A DNA stretch of 64,000 nt from Spirochaetia bacterium (GTDB lineage: Bacteria > Spirochaetota > Spirochaetia > UBA9216), in contig CAXXYH010000004.1 of NCBI GenBank assembly GCA_963677925.2, forward strand, positions 1,248,001 to 1,312,000, written 5' to 3'. The notes beneath the pieces were generated by a model. It was not told the DNA's origin, made no database searches, and saw nothing but the letters and a program-made list of their open reading frames with translations. Positions 10,887 through 25,269 of the stretch are shown in pieces (the stretch's first letter is position 1; the number at the start of each line of letters is the position of its first letter). The position numbers were made by a program, and so were the translations under genes.

Positions 10887-11065
10887 GTACCTCCGCGCTG
10901 ATAATGATGAGTTGTTGTCGCGTTCATTGTTCTAAAACAGATATTAGGGAAGGAAAGAGAGCCTGTGTTAATAGGTTTGATACTGAGCTACTTGAAAGAT
11001 AGTAGATAGTGCGAACCGTCAATTGTTAGGATTAAAATTGCTAAGCTTTATGTTTAGCAAATTAT

Positions 11066-12603
<1,538 letters not shown>

Positions 12604-12821
12604 CAATGTGAAAGGAACGTGACTAAGTCTGAAAACTTCGGTTTAAAACTTAGCTTAGAGTTTGTTTACAAACTTTAACGCTTTAATAGTCATGGAAAAA
12701 CAGCCTGTTAGGCAAAAAACAACGCAGTGAAGTTCAGTTTACTGAACTTCCGAGATGCAGCTTGCTGCATCTCCGCTCTCTTTCTTCCTTTTTTATACTT
12801 TAAAGTACTTTGTACTTTAAT

Positions 12822-12895
<74 letters not shown>

Positions 12896-13084
12896 ATTTA
12901 AGTAGGCTATTGCTTCTATAAGTAATAGCTGATTTTTTCGGGCCTTTAAGTAGGCAAGATACTGAAAACTATGTGTTTTTATTGTTCTTTAAAATAGATA
13001 AAGACTGTTGAAAGATTACAGTTTTGAAAACTTATCCATATAACAGGGAGTGGATAAGTATAGGGAAGGGTTAAGAGGTAATAT

Positions 13085-16072
<2,988 letters not shown>

Positions 16073-16216
16073 TATTTCCCCTTAATCAATTCCCAGAGAA
16101 TTGAGCCAATAGGCTGCATGGACCAAGAAGTCCTGTGAATAGCAACCTATCGTGCCCAAAACTCAATCCCTGTTCGTTCTGCAATAGCAGAATGTAAGAA
16201 TAATTTTGAATAATTA

Positions 16217-16308
<92 letters not shown>

Positions 16309-16326
<18 letters not shown>

Positions 16327-16752
16327 TTTTTTTTATTAATTTCAAAAAGCAGTATTACAATTCTTAACTTTTAAAATAATCACTCCCGCTAACGCGTGAA
16401 CTGATGTAACTTTTTTCACGTAAAATCTATCTAAACTAATAATTTGCGGGACTACGTTAGGCCCCATAGGCTCACCCTGAAAGTAGCACAGCAGGCTTAG
16501 CCTGATGTATAGTAGGTCATTGCCAGGCTTTTTTTTATTAATTTAGACCAACGGTCTAAATTAATAAAATATGAGACCTAAGAAGAGCTTGAAGTTTGGT
16601 AATACCAAACTTCAGAGAAAGTTCTGAATATTAAGCGGTTATATAAACCAATAGAAGTCTGGAAGATAACCAGAGATAAAGGGCAGCAAAGCCACTTTCT
16701 CCGGTCATTGGAGAAGCCTTAGGCATCTATGCCAGGCTTTTTTTATTAATTT
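16309..16752 (+). repeat. Three direct copies of the 5S rRNA 3' end plus T-tract, delimiting two ~200-bp non-coding units
   Basis: AGTAGGTCATTGCCAGGC(T8)ATTAATTT is identical at 16309-16342 and 16511-16544; TGCCAGGC(T7)ATTAATTT recurs at 16730-16752. Confidence 0.92.
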
Positions 16753-16820
16753 GCTAATCATTTAAAATATACTTTCGTTATCAGCATACTGCACTTATAA
16801 TTTATTTGTGAGGTAAAGCA

Positions 16821-19004
16821 ATGCGTAAGAATGTAATCTTCGCATTCAAAAAGTTTTCGTCAAACAAAAATATTTTTATAAGTATAATATCTGTTTTTAT
16901 CATAACTCTTTTCTTTCCAAACAGTATTTTTTCTGAAGATCAATTTAGAAAAATTACAGTAGTCTATCCATATAATATGGCTACTGATTGGGACATGGCT
17001 TTTAATCAGAAATTTTACAATTCGATTATTATAAAAAGAGGAACCAATACCAGAATATCTTTTTTGAATATCAAATACAGTCTTGAGGATAATATAAATA
17101 GAAGAGTTAACCTTGTGCCGCAGATTGACTTAATTAAAGAAGAATACCAGCCTGATTTAATAGTTGCCATGTTTTCATCTGTACAGAATTTGTTTTTAGA
17201 TTTGGAAGATGATTCTTTAAATCAGATTGACAAGATATTTGTCCCAGTGGTTCCGCAAATGTTTGAGGAGCTTAATAAGATACCAAATTCGTTTATCATA
17301 CAAAGTTCATCCGGTTATGCTATAGAAAATAATATATTAAGTTTTAAAAATTTGCTTCCACAAAGAAGGCATTTAATTGTTGTGAGCGGTGCGGGTGAGA
17401 ACGACAGCCCATACCTTGATATGTTTAAAGCAAAAGTTAAAAAATTGTCAATGGATGAATATTATTCAATAGATTATATAGTAGGGCAGACTGAAGAAGA
17501 CCTGATTAATTCAATAAAAGAATTAAGTTCTAAGAACGGTATCTTGTATTTTCTCCCATACAATATGGACACTGAAGATAATGTTTATGAATTATCTTAT
17601 CTATTTCCAATAATTTATGAAAATGCTGATATGCCTGTATTCTCATTTTTTAATGATACAATCCCTTTGGGAGCTGTCGGCGGTATTATGACAAGCCCGG
17701 AGGCTTACGGTAGTTTTTCCGCCGAAGTCGCATTAAAAATATTAAGCGAAGGAAAGATTGATAATACGGAAGAGCAGACCGCATATGTGCATCAATATAA
17801 CTGGCTTGAATTGAATAAATGGGGTATTGATGAAGCCAAATTGCCAGATGATTGTGAAATACTTTATAAGCAGTATACCTTCTTTCAGGAATATAAATCT
17901 CGAATTATTTTTGTAGTTATTCTTGTTTTTCTGGAAACATGTCTTATTGTTGCCTTGTCATTTAATTTGGTTAAAAGAAAGCGTGCAGAAATTGAACTGA
18001 GAAAAAACGAAGGCTTTTTTGAAAGAACCGAAAAAATAGCCAAGCTGGCGGGATGGGAAATTGATAATATATCTAAACAATTGATACTGACAAAAGAAGC
18101 GCGGCATCTTCTAGGGGCACCAGTTGATAAACCAGTAGTAATAAAGTCAATATTGAAGAATATAGAAAGATCATATCTGCATGAGTTTATTCAGGCAGTT
18201 CATAGCGTAAATAAAAATAATTCTATCGATTGTGTAATTAGATATAAAACCTACTCCGAAAATTATTCCTGGTTAAGAATTGCAGGAGGCCCTGTCAGAA
18301 TCAACAGCAGGTTGACAAGAATGTCAGGAATTATTCAGAATATCACGGTTGAAAAAGAAAACGAACTAAGGCTTACGAAGATATTAAACGAAAAAGAAAT
18401 TCTTTTAAAAGAGGTTCATCACCGTGTAAAAAACAATCTGGCCATCATTTTATCAATAATTGAACTGCAGAAAGCCGCTTTTGAAGAACCCGTAATAAAT
18501 GAAATTTTACAAAAAACTCAGGGGCGTGTTCGAACAATTGCTTTGATATTTGAACTATTATTCCTGGATAATGAGGTAGAAGAAGTCAATCTTAAGAATT
18601 TTGTAGATATGCTTGTAAATTCAATTATCTCAGAAAATTGGGATAAGGGCCCCGGACTTAAAATTGAACTTAATGTTAGTGAAATTTCAATGAAACTTGA
18701 GATGTTATTTCCTATTGGTCTGATTATAAATGAGCTTGTAGATAATGCTCTACGGCATGGCCTGTATTCAGTCGATATTCCGGAATTGACTGTTATAGCT
18801 GATATTATAGATAAGAGAGAGAATCAGCTTTATATAATAATCCGCGATAATGGGCGCGGGTTTAAGAATATCGAAAATGAATCAGGGAAAAGTAAAACTG
18901 TAGGTCTTTTTTTGGTAGAAACACTTGTTGAGCAGCTTGATGGAATTTTTAAAAAAATTACAGAGGAAAACACAGTATTTGAAATTAGAATACCGTTAAA
19001 ATGA
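16821..19004 (+). CDS. Orphan sensor histidine kinase (extracytoplasmic binding-protein-like domain, TM, PAS-like, HisKA_2/HATPase)
   Basis: LLKEVHHRVKNNL H-box, NELVDNALRHG, DNGRG, VGLFLV; GAVGG and NWLELNKWGI resemble ABC-type sensor domains. Confidence 0.85.
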   Translation: MRKNVIFAFKKFSSNKNIFISIISVFIITLFFPNSIFSEDQFRKITVVYPYNMATDWDMAFNQKFYNSIIIKRGTNTRISFLNIKYSLEDNINRRVNLVPQIDLIKEEYQPDLIVAMFSSVQNLFLDLEDDSLNQIDKIFVPVVPQMFEELNKIPNSFIIQSSSGYAIENNILSFKNLLPQRRHLIVVSGAGENDSPYLDMFKAKVKKLSMDEYYSIDYIVGQTEEDLINSIKELSSKNGILYFLPYNMDTEDNVYELSYLFPIIYENADMPVFSFFNDTIPLGAVGGIMTSPEAYGSFSAEVALKILSEGKIDNTEEQTAYVHQYNWLELNKWGIDEAKLPDDCEILYKQYTFFQEYKSRIIFVVILVFLETCLIVALSFNLVKRKRAEIELRKNEGFFERTEKIAKLAGWEIDNISKQLILTKEARHLLGAPVDKPVVIKSILKNIERSYLHEFIQAVHSVNKNNSIDCVIRYKTYSENYSWLRIAGGPVRINSRLTRMSGIIQNITVEKENELRLTKILNEKEILLKEVHHRVKNNLAIILSIIELQKAAFEEPVINEILQKTQGRVRTIALIFELLFLDNEVEEVNLKNFVDMLVNSIISENWDKGPGLKIELNVSEISMKLEMLFPIGLIINELVDNALRHGLYSVDIPELTVIADIIDKRENQLYIIIRDNGRGFKNIENESGKSKTVGLFLVETLVEQLDGIFKKITEENTVFEIRIPLK

Positions 19005-19053
19005 ACTGTACTTATTTATTAATTGAAGTTAAAATAATTCCGGGAGAAAAAAT

Positions 19054-19392
19054 ATGAAAAAGTCAAATTTATTAGTTCTTATCTTTATATCATTTATTTT
19101 AATTGGATGTAATTTGTCCGGTAATTCAATTCTTTTAATTAATGAAACTGAATATACTGTATTTTTCGAATACCGTGACGGTTCTAAAGATAATGGTGCA
19201 GATAATATGGTGACAGCTGAAATAGCTGCAGAATCTGATTTAACCCTGAATGATGTCGAACTATGGGGTATTGGATCTGAAAAAGAGTTATTATACTCTG
19301 GTGCATGGACAGATGAAGGCGTTGATATTGATGTAAACCAGCTGCCTGGAACTGTCTTATGGCCACTAACGGTCAGATTTACGGAAGAGTAG
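19054..19392 (+). CDS. Hypothetical lipoprotein
   Basis: MKK leader with LIGC lipobox, acidic mature part, GGAG RBS. Confidence 0.7.
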   Translation: MKKSNLLVLIFISFILIGCNLSGNSILLINETEYTVFFEYRDGSKDNGADNMVTAEIAAESDLTLNDVELWGIGSEKELLYSGAWTDEGVDIDVNQLPGTVLWPLTVRFTEE

Positions 19393-19397
19393 AATCT

Positions 19398-20303
19398 TCA
19401 CAGGCGGATATTAAGCCAGTTCTGAATATCATCCAAAACCTCATCTTTTAATGGTTCGTTTAGTATTTCGTGCCGGGCGCCTTTATAGAATTTTAAAGTT
19501 ACATCATTTTTTTCTGATGAACGTAGACTGTTGAATATTTTTTTTACCTCTCTTCCGTATCTTCCTACAGGGTCTTCTGTCCCAGATATAAGCAGAATTG
19601 ATGTTTTGTCCGGTATTTTTTTCAGATTCTTTAAAGAATGAATCTCTTTAAGCAATTCAATAAGATCCAGATAAAATGAAGAACTGTACATTGACAGACC
19701 CTGTCCACGATTTTCAATAAACTCTTTAACTACCTTTTCATCGGAGCATATCCAGTCAAAAAATGTTTTAGGGTGTTTAATCCTGCGGTTAAAATCGGCA
19801 AAACTTAAAATATTTACAAGCAGACTGGATTTATTACTTTTATACCAGCCACCTGTCAGCCCTGTGATGAAAAGGCCGGCGAAAGTCTTTAATTGGGAAA
19901 TCCCGCCGGTTCCGGAGAGTATTATTCCATTTAAAGACGTACCATATTTGATGGCATACTGAAGGGCAATGAAGGAGCCCAAACTATGTCCAAGTATATA
20001 AAATGGAAGTTTGGAATACTCATTCTCAATCAGATTGTGAAGCTTGTGTATATCACTTATCATATCTGAAATAGAAGGGTTTTCTGCATTAGACTCTCCA
20101 TGACCTCTTAAGTCGGGGATTGTACAGATGAATCCTCTTGAACATAGATATTGTGCGGTATATCGGTATCTTTCCTTATACTCGCCCATTCCGTGGAGTA
20201 TTATTATGAGACCACGGGCCTTTATCGGGAAGGACGGTTTACAAAGGTTATAAAAGATTTCAGTGCTATCTTCAGCTGTAAAATTAAAAACACTGGTGCT
20301 CAA
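19398..20303 (-). CDS. Alpha/beta hydrolase, lysophospholipase/monoacylglycerol lipase family
   Basis: HGMGEY, DLRGHG, GHSLG nucleophile, GTEDPV, ARHEILNE. Confidence 0.9.
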   Translation of the reverse strand: MSTSVFNFTAEDSTEIFYNLCKPSFPIKARGLIIILHGMGEYKERYRYTAQYLCSRGFICTIPDLRGHGESNAENPSISDMISDIHKLHNLIENEYSKLPFYILGHSLGSFIALQYAIKYGTSLNGIILSGTGGISQLKTFAGLFITGLTGGWYKSNKSSLLVNILSFADFNRRIKHPKTFFDWICSDEKVVKEFIENRGQGLSMYSSSFYLDLIELLKEIHSLKNLKKIPDKTSILLISGTEDPVGRYGREVKKIFNSLRSSEKNDVTLKFYKGARHEILNEPLKDEVLDDIQNWLNIRL

Positions 20304-20884
20304 TCTTTTTTATTTCTCCTGAAAGGATTCATAGTCAGGAACGCACTGTCACTTCCCTTAAAGTTTGAAATTGCTCCTGTGACGGCAAGAAAAATACTCA
20401 AACCAAGCAGGATGAATTTTAATGATGTAAACACAGCTAAAATAATTGCGCTGTAATTGTTGATTAAATTATGGGAAAAATTTAGAATTATCAGAGTAAT
20501 ATTTTCGGTATAGTCGAAGATTGCACCGAATAACGGGGTAAGAAGAATCCATCGGTAATTTACCGGTTCGCTGTATTTTATACGGTATATAAAATTTAGA
20601 ATTACAGAAAGCATTATTGCATATACTGCCGGAAAAAGAAAATCGACTGACCTTATAATTCCATAAGCGATAGTTCCGTCTGTTTTATATGCTTCAAACA
20701 AACTTGAAAGCTGTTCCGAAGTTAAACCTATTTTCATATCAGGAATAAGAGACGTTCCGCATTCGGCTTCAAGTCTGTTCATCAGTACTGCAAATACAGT
20801 TTCCATAACGATAAAAAGAATTATTAAAACAGAAAATGCTGTTTTGCTGGTCAAAAAATTGACTGATTTTATGTAGTTTTTCAT
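20300..20884 (-). CDS. Hypothetical membrane protein
   Basis: Several hydrophobic segments with DFLFP and FDYTEN motifs; overlaps the hydrolase start. Confidence 0.7.
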   Translation of the reverse strand: MKNYIKSVNFLTSKTAFSVLIILFIVMETVFAVLMNRLEAECGTSLIPDMKIGLTSEQLSSLFEAYKTDGTIAYGIIRSVDFLFPAVYAIMLSVILNFIYRIKYSEPVNYRWILLTPLFGAIFDYTENITLIILNFSHNLINNYSAIILAVFTSLKFILLGLSIFLAVTGAISNFKGSDSAFLTMNPFRRNKKD

Positions 20885-20987
20885 TAGACAATATTTTATG
20901 TTGAAACTCAATTTTAAGCAAGAATGGTCATATGTTCACAATAATGAACAAAAAATCATTAATATTAGTGAATATATGTTCAAGCTA

Positions 20988-21016
20988 TTGCACAAATATC
21001 CGCTAGCTAATAATAT
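20988..21016 (+). promoter_or_regulatory. Putative sigma70 promoter of the hppA operon
   Basis: TTGCAC-17 bp-TAATAT, 30 bp before the start codon. Confidence 0.45.
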
Positions 21017-21046
21017 TCCGACGTAAATGTAATACGGGAGTTGTAA

Positions 21047-23116
21047 ATGGAAATTCAATATGTACTTTATGCTGTTCTTATAGGCAGCTTACTGGCTCTT
21101 GCATACGCTCTTCTAAGATCAAGGTGGATTTACCGGCAGGAAGTTGGAAATGAAACTTTAAAAAGAATCGGCGGATATGTATCTGAAGGAGCTATGGCCT
21201 TTTTAAGCAGGGAATACAGAGTTCTGGTACCTTTTGTTGTTCTGGTAGCTGCTTTTCTGGCTATCGGTAATAAGGGTGCTATCAGGCTTCAGTCTCTGTC
21301 TTTTGTATTGGGTGCGCTTTGTTCTGCACTTGCAGGTTTTATCGGAATGAAGGTTGCAACAGCTTCCAACTCAAGAACAACTCAGGCAGCTAAAGATAAG
21401 GGTCTTAATGGTGCTCTAAAAGTGGCTTTCTCAGGCGGAAGTGTCATGGGGATGAGCGTTGTAGGTCTTGCTCTCATGGGACTTTTTATCGTTCTTGTTG
21501 TTACAACCAATCTGTTTGGTGAAGATGTTGATACACTTTCATCTGTAATACTTCCAATTGTTACAGGCTTTTCGCTTGGAGCTTCTTCAATTGCGCTCTT
21601 TTCTCGTGTAGGCGGAGGTATCTTTACTAAAGCTGCAGATGTTGGTGCAGACCTTGTCGGTAAGGTTGAAGCTGGTATACCTGAAGATGACCCGCGTAAC
21701 CCGGCTACTATTGCAGATAACGTAGGTGATAATGTCGGTGATGTTGCAGGTATGGGTGCAGACCTTTTTGAGTCTTTTGTCGGCTCAATTGCCGGTTCTA
21801 TGATTCTGGGTCTCACAATTGTAGCAGAAGATGCCCTTAAAGTTAAAATGATGCTTCTTCCTCTGATTCTTGTAACAGTCGGAGTTGCTGCATCGCTGAT
21901 CGGTACTCTGTTTGTAAGGACCAAACCGGGAAAGAATCCGCAGAAAGCGCTAAATGCCGGAACCTTCGGTGCAGGGCTTCTTGCAACTGCTATGACTTTT
22001 GTTGTACTGAAATTTTTTATCGGTGATGCTACTTTTAACGGCGGTGCCGGTATCTACCATATCTTCGGTTCATGTGTAATTGGACTTGCTGCCGGTGTTA
22101 TCATCGGTCTTATGACTGAGTATTTTACGGGTACAGATACAAGACCTGTAACTTCCATTATGAAATCATGTGAAACCGGTCCTGCTACAACACTTATCAC
22201 AGGGCTTGGTGTCGGAATGGTAAGCGCCTTCCCTGCAATCATCATTATCGGAGCAGCTATATGGACGAGTTTTGCTCTTGCCGGGCTTTACGGTGTTGGT
22301 ATTGCCGCTGTCGGTATGCTTATCACACTCGGTATTCAGCTTGCAGTAGATGCTTACGGTCCGATTGCTGATAATGCCGGAGGACTTGCAGAAATGTCGG
22401 AGTTTCCGCCTGAGGTAAGAGATATCACCGATAATCTTGATGCGGTTGGAAATACTACTGCCGCCATTGGAAAGGGTTTTGCAATCGGCTCAGCAGCTCT
22501 TACTGCAATCATTCTTTTTACTTCGTTTAAAGAACAGTCCGGAATATCAAGTGTAGACCTTACAAATATCCCTGTTCTTGTAGGTATTCTGCTTGGTGCG
22601 GTTATTCCCTATCTTTTCTCATCAATGGCAATGAATGCTGTAGGTAAAGCCGCATATAAGATGATTGAAGAGGTTAGAAGACAGTTCAGAGAGAAACCCG
22701 GTATTCTTAATGATGAAGAAGAACCTGACTACAAACGATGTGTTGATATCAGTACTCAGGCGGCTCTTAAGGAAATGATTCTTCCCGGAGTTGTCTCTAT
22801 TATAACACCGATTATTGTAGGCTTTACAGGCGGACCTGATATGCTCATCGGTCTTCTTACCGGTGTAACAGCCTCAGGCGTTGTTCTTGCTATCTTTATG
22901 TCAAATGCAGGCGGTGCCTGGGACAATGCTAAAAAGATGGTAGAAGCCGGCGGAAGCGGCGGAAAGGGCTCTGATGCTCACAAAGCTGCCGTTGTAGGTG
23001 ATACTGTCGGTGATCCGTTCAAGGATACAGCCGGCCCGTCAATAAATATTCTTATTAAATTGATGTCTATGGTATCGCTTGTTATCGCACCTATGTTAAA
23101 ATCGTTCTGGGGGTAA
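21047..23116 (+). CDS. hppA: Membrane-bound pyrophosphatase, K+-dependent, probably Na+-translocating
   Basis: [53 protein letters not shown]. Confidence 0.96.
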   Translation: MEIQYVLYAVLIGSLLALAYALLRSRWIYRQEVGNETLKRIGGYVSEGAMAFLSREYRVLVPFVVLVAAFLAIGNKGAIRLQSLSFVLGALCSALAGFIGMKVATASNSRTTQAAKDKGLNGALKVAFSGGSVMGMSVVGLALMGLFIVLVVTTNLFGEDVDTLSSVILPIVTGFSLGASSIALFSRVGGGIFTKAADVGADLVGKVEAGIPEDDPRNPATIADNVGDNVGDVAGMGADLFESFVGSIAGSMILGLTIVAEDALKVKMMLLPLILVTVGVAASLIGTLFVRTKPGKNPQKALNAGTFGAGLLATAMTFVVLKFFIGDATFNGGAGIYHIFGSCVIGLAAGVIIGLMTEYFTGTDTRPVTSIMKSCETGPATTLITGLGVGMVSAFPAIIIIGAAIWTSFALAGLYGVGIAAVGMLITLGIQLAVDAYGPIADNAGGLAEMSEFPPEVRDITDNLDAVGNTTAAIGKGFAIGSAALTAIILFTSFKEQSGISSVDLTNIPVLVGILLGAVIPYLFSSMAMNAVGKAAYKMIEEVRRQFREKPGILNDEEEPDYKRCVDISTQAALKEMILPGVVSIITPIIVGFTGGPDMLIGLLTGVTASGVVLAIFMSNAGGAWDNAKKMVEAGGSGGKGSDAHKAAVVGDTVGDPFKDTAGPSINILIKLMSMVSLVIAPMLKSFWG

Positions 23117-23124
23117 TTTAATTT

Positions 23125-23916
23125 ATGGTTGATTATATGTACGGCAGATACCTTTACATGATCTGTCATCCGAATCAGGCTCTTGTAGCATCACAGTATG
23201 AACCTTCAAAGTTTGCCAGACATTACAGTTCCGGCTCAACAAGGTATTATGATGGTAAACTGATCTTTGCAGAAATTGATACCGATTTCCGTAATCCTTA
23301 CTTCGATATTGATAAGGGTTTTGAGGCTCTGGTACCGCATGAAGACGGCAGACCCAAGGCTACAAAGTTTATCAGCACTTACAGGGTTCTTGAGCATGTT
23401 GATTTTGATGCAATAAAGCACCTTCACCTTGCTAATTCTGACGGATCATGTTATCCGCTTTCCCCTGCAGAATATGATGCAGTGCATCAGCCTGATTTTT
23501 TAAGGATCTTTGCTGAGATTGCTCCGCTTAAAATGCTTGTACTGTCAAGTTCAAACTTCAGTGAGTACGGCAAGTGGATAACTGATCCGGACAACAACAA
23601 GGGCGCTCCAAAGATGCTTTACACTCAGTTTGACCTTAATATTGCTGATTTTCTAAACGATTTTGAGGCAAATCCGCTTATGCCTAATCCTCTTCCGAGT
23701 GTTCATCCTTCAAAACTCAGAGATGCAATTTTTGAGATTAAAAGCACTCCGAAGCATACAAAAGGATTGAGTATAGATTTCTCTTTCAAGAATAAATCAT
23801 TCAGGCAGATTAGACATGGCTTCATGTTTGCATCACCTGATAAAGAGGTTTTCTTTCCGATGCCTTCATTTGATGTAATTGAAAAAGAGAACTATAAATT
23901 CTGGCGCAATATGTGA
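23125..23916 (+). CDS. Hypothetical protein, probably conserved
   Basis: 263-aa ORF 8 bp after hppA with coding-like codon use; no family recognised. Confidence 0.75.
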   Translation: MVDYMYGRYLYMICHPNQALVASQYEPSKFARHYSSGSTRYYDGKLIFAEIDTDFRNPYFDIDKGFEALVPHEDGRPKATKFISTYRVLEHVDFDAIKHLHLANSDGSCYPLSPAEYDAVHQPDFLRIFAEIAPLKMLVLSSSNFSEYGKWITDPDNNKGAPKMLYTQFDLNIADFLNDFEANPLMPNPLPSVHPSKLRDAIFEIKSTPKHTKGLSIDFSFKNKSFRQIRHGFMFASPDKEVFFPMPSFDVIEKENYKFWRNM

Positions 23917-23950
23917 TAGTATAAAGGATAATCTATTATCAGGAGCTATT

Positions 23951-24211
23951 ATGGCCAAAAGTCAACTTAGACTGATTATTGGAATTGTTATTCTTGCGGT
24001 TGGTATCGTTGTAGGTGTATACGGAATATATCTGTATAATAATCTGCAGTCATCAGTTATGAACTCGCTTGAGAAGGCGTTTGTGGGAAGCACTGACGCA
24101 GAGACCCAGGCAATTATCTTTATGGGCAGCGGTGCAGTTGGTGCTGTTCTGGGGCTGGTAATTCTGCTGACAGGCGGAAGCCGCAGAGGCAGAGGCCGTC
24201 GCAGACGCTAG
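23951..24211 (+). CDS. Small two-TM membrane protein with an Arg-rich C-terminus
   Basis: AGGAG RBS before ATG 23951, two hydrophobic helices, tail SRRGRGRRRR. Confidence 0.7.
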   Translation: MAKSQLRLIIGIVILAVGIVVGVYGIYLYNNLQSSVMNSLEKAFVGSTDAETQAIIFMGSGAVGAVLGLVILLTGGSRRGRGRRRR

Positions 24212-24763
24212 ATGCATAATCATAAGAAAATAATTCTTATTCTGATTTTTTTATCCTGCTTAACATTTATTCAGGCTCAGGAGCTTTCTTCTGAGCCTGA
24301 AGCAGTTTCGGGACAGGAGTCCGCTTTACTTCCGGAAAACGGAGTGTCTCTTGATTTTCGGATAGGAGCCGGCAGCACCTTCATTATTCCGGGACTATCT
24401 GCGGAACTTGGAGTTCCAATTACTTTTCTTGACAGAAATCTTACCCTCACGCCCTTTGTCGGTTTTCTGTATCAGTTTGCCGTCATGGATGAACTTCAGC
24501 AGGGTATATACTTTCCCGCCGGTGTTTCGATTATTCATAATCCTACATCACTGGGGTTAAAGCTCAAATATAATTTTCCACTTTCATGGACCGGACATTA
24601 CTTTGATGTACTGCTTATGAGCAATAAAACCGTGTATGAATCAGACCCGTTTTCGCTGTATTTTGACCTGCTTTTCGGACCGGCTGTATACCTTGATACT
24701 TCAACGGACATCAGTGTTTATATCAATTTGAGACTTGGATTTGGTGCAAGATATCACCTGTAA
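24212..24763 (+). CDS. Hypothetical exported protein, possibly a small beta-barrel
   Basis: Signal peptide (IQA-QE), alternating aromatic/Gly strands, C-terminal LRLGFGARYHL. Confidence 0.6.
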   Translation: MHNHKKIILILIFLSCLTFIQAQELSSEPEAVSGQESALLPENGVSLDFRIGAGSTFIIPGLSAELGVPITFLDRNLTLTPFVGFLYQFAVMDELQQGIYFPAGVSIIHNPTSLGLKLKYNFPLSWTGHYFDVLLMSNKTVYESDPFSLYFDLLFGPAVYLDTSTDISVYINLRLGFGARYHL

Positions 24764-24767
24764 CTGG

Positions 24768-24796
24768 TTGACTAAATCGATAAAATAAACTAAATT
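24768..24796 (+). promoter_or_regulatory. Putative tRNA-Leu promoter
   Basis: TTGACT-17 bp-TAAATT ending 13 bp before the tRNA. Confidence 0.55.
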
Positions 24797-24809
24797 ATCC
24801 GAGCATTAA

Positions 24810-24893
24810 GCAGCAGTGGTGGAATTGGTAGACACGCTAGCTTGAGGGGCTAGTGGGCGTTCGCTCGTGGAGGTTCAAGTCCTCTCTGCTGCA
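24810..24893 (+). tRNA. tRNA-Leu(GAG); CCA not encoded
   Basis: GCAGCAG/CTGCTGC acceptor stem, GGAATTGGTAGACAC D-arm, CTAGC-TTGAGGG-GCTAG anticodon arm, long variable arm, GGTTCAAGTCC T-arm. Confidence 0.96.
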
Positions 24894-24894
24894 G

Positions 24895-24934
24895 ATAAAA
24901 AAAGGCTATCCGACAAAGGATAGTCTTTTTTTAT
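24895..24934 (+). terminator. Intrinsic terminator after tRNA-Leu
   Basis: AAAAAAAGGCTATCC/GGATAGTCTTTTTTT hairpin. Confidence 0.85.
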
Positions 24935-24946
24935 CTGTACTCAGAA

Positions 24947-25096
24947 AGAGAGGACTTGAACCGGAGCTTCGGTGCGAATACTTGGAGCGCAAAACTGCGA
25001 GGATGCAGTTTTAGAAGCGTAGGCGGGTTGTAGTGAGCTGTCCGGATACAGCGACTGAAAACCAAGTCCTCGGAGAACCTTCGGTTCTCTGCTGCA
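24947..25096. repeat. tRNA-linked non-coding element with inverted and direct copies of the tRNA-Leu 3' end
   Basis: 24947-24962 is the exact reverse complement of tRNA 24872-24887; CAAGTCCTC (25063-25071) plus TCTGCTGCA (25088-25096) rebuilds the tRNA 3' end around a 16-bp hairpin insert. Confidence 0.88.
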
Positions 25097-25107
25097 ATAT
25101 AAATAGT

Positions 25108-25142
25108 AAGAGATTAATCAATGATGATTAGTCTCTTTTTTT
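25108..25142 (+). terminator. Second terminator, after the duplicated tRNA 3' end
   Basis: AAGAGATTAATCA/TGATTAGTCTCTT stem plus T-run. Confidence 0.75.
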
Positions 25143-25269
25143 ATACTAAATCGCAAACTAACAATGATGCTGAGTTTTTATAGAGCTCAATTGAAATATG
25201 TTTGCCGACAGGCGGCTTTTTTATTAATAAATTTGAGGTTGCTCAATATAATTTGCCGGATCTTGATTT

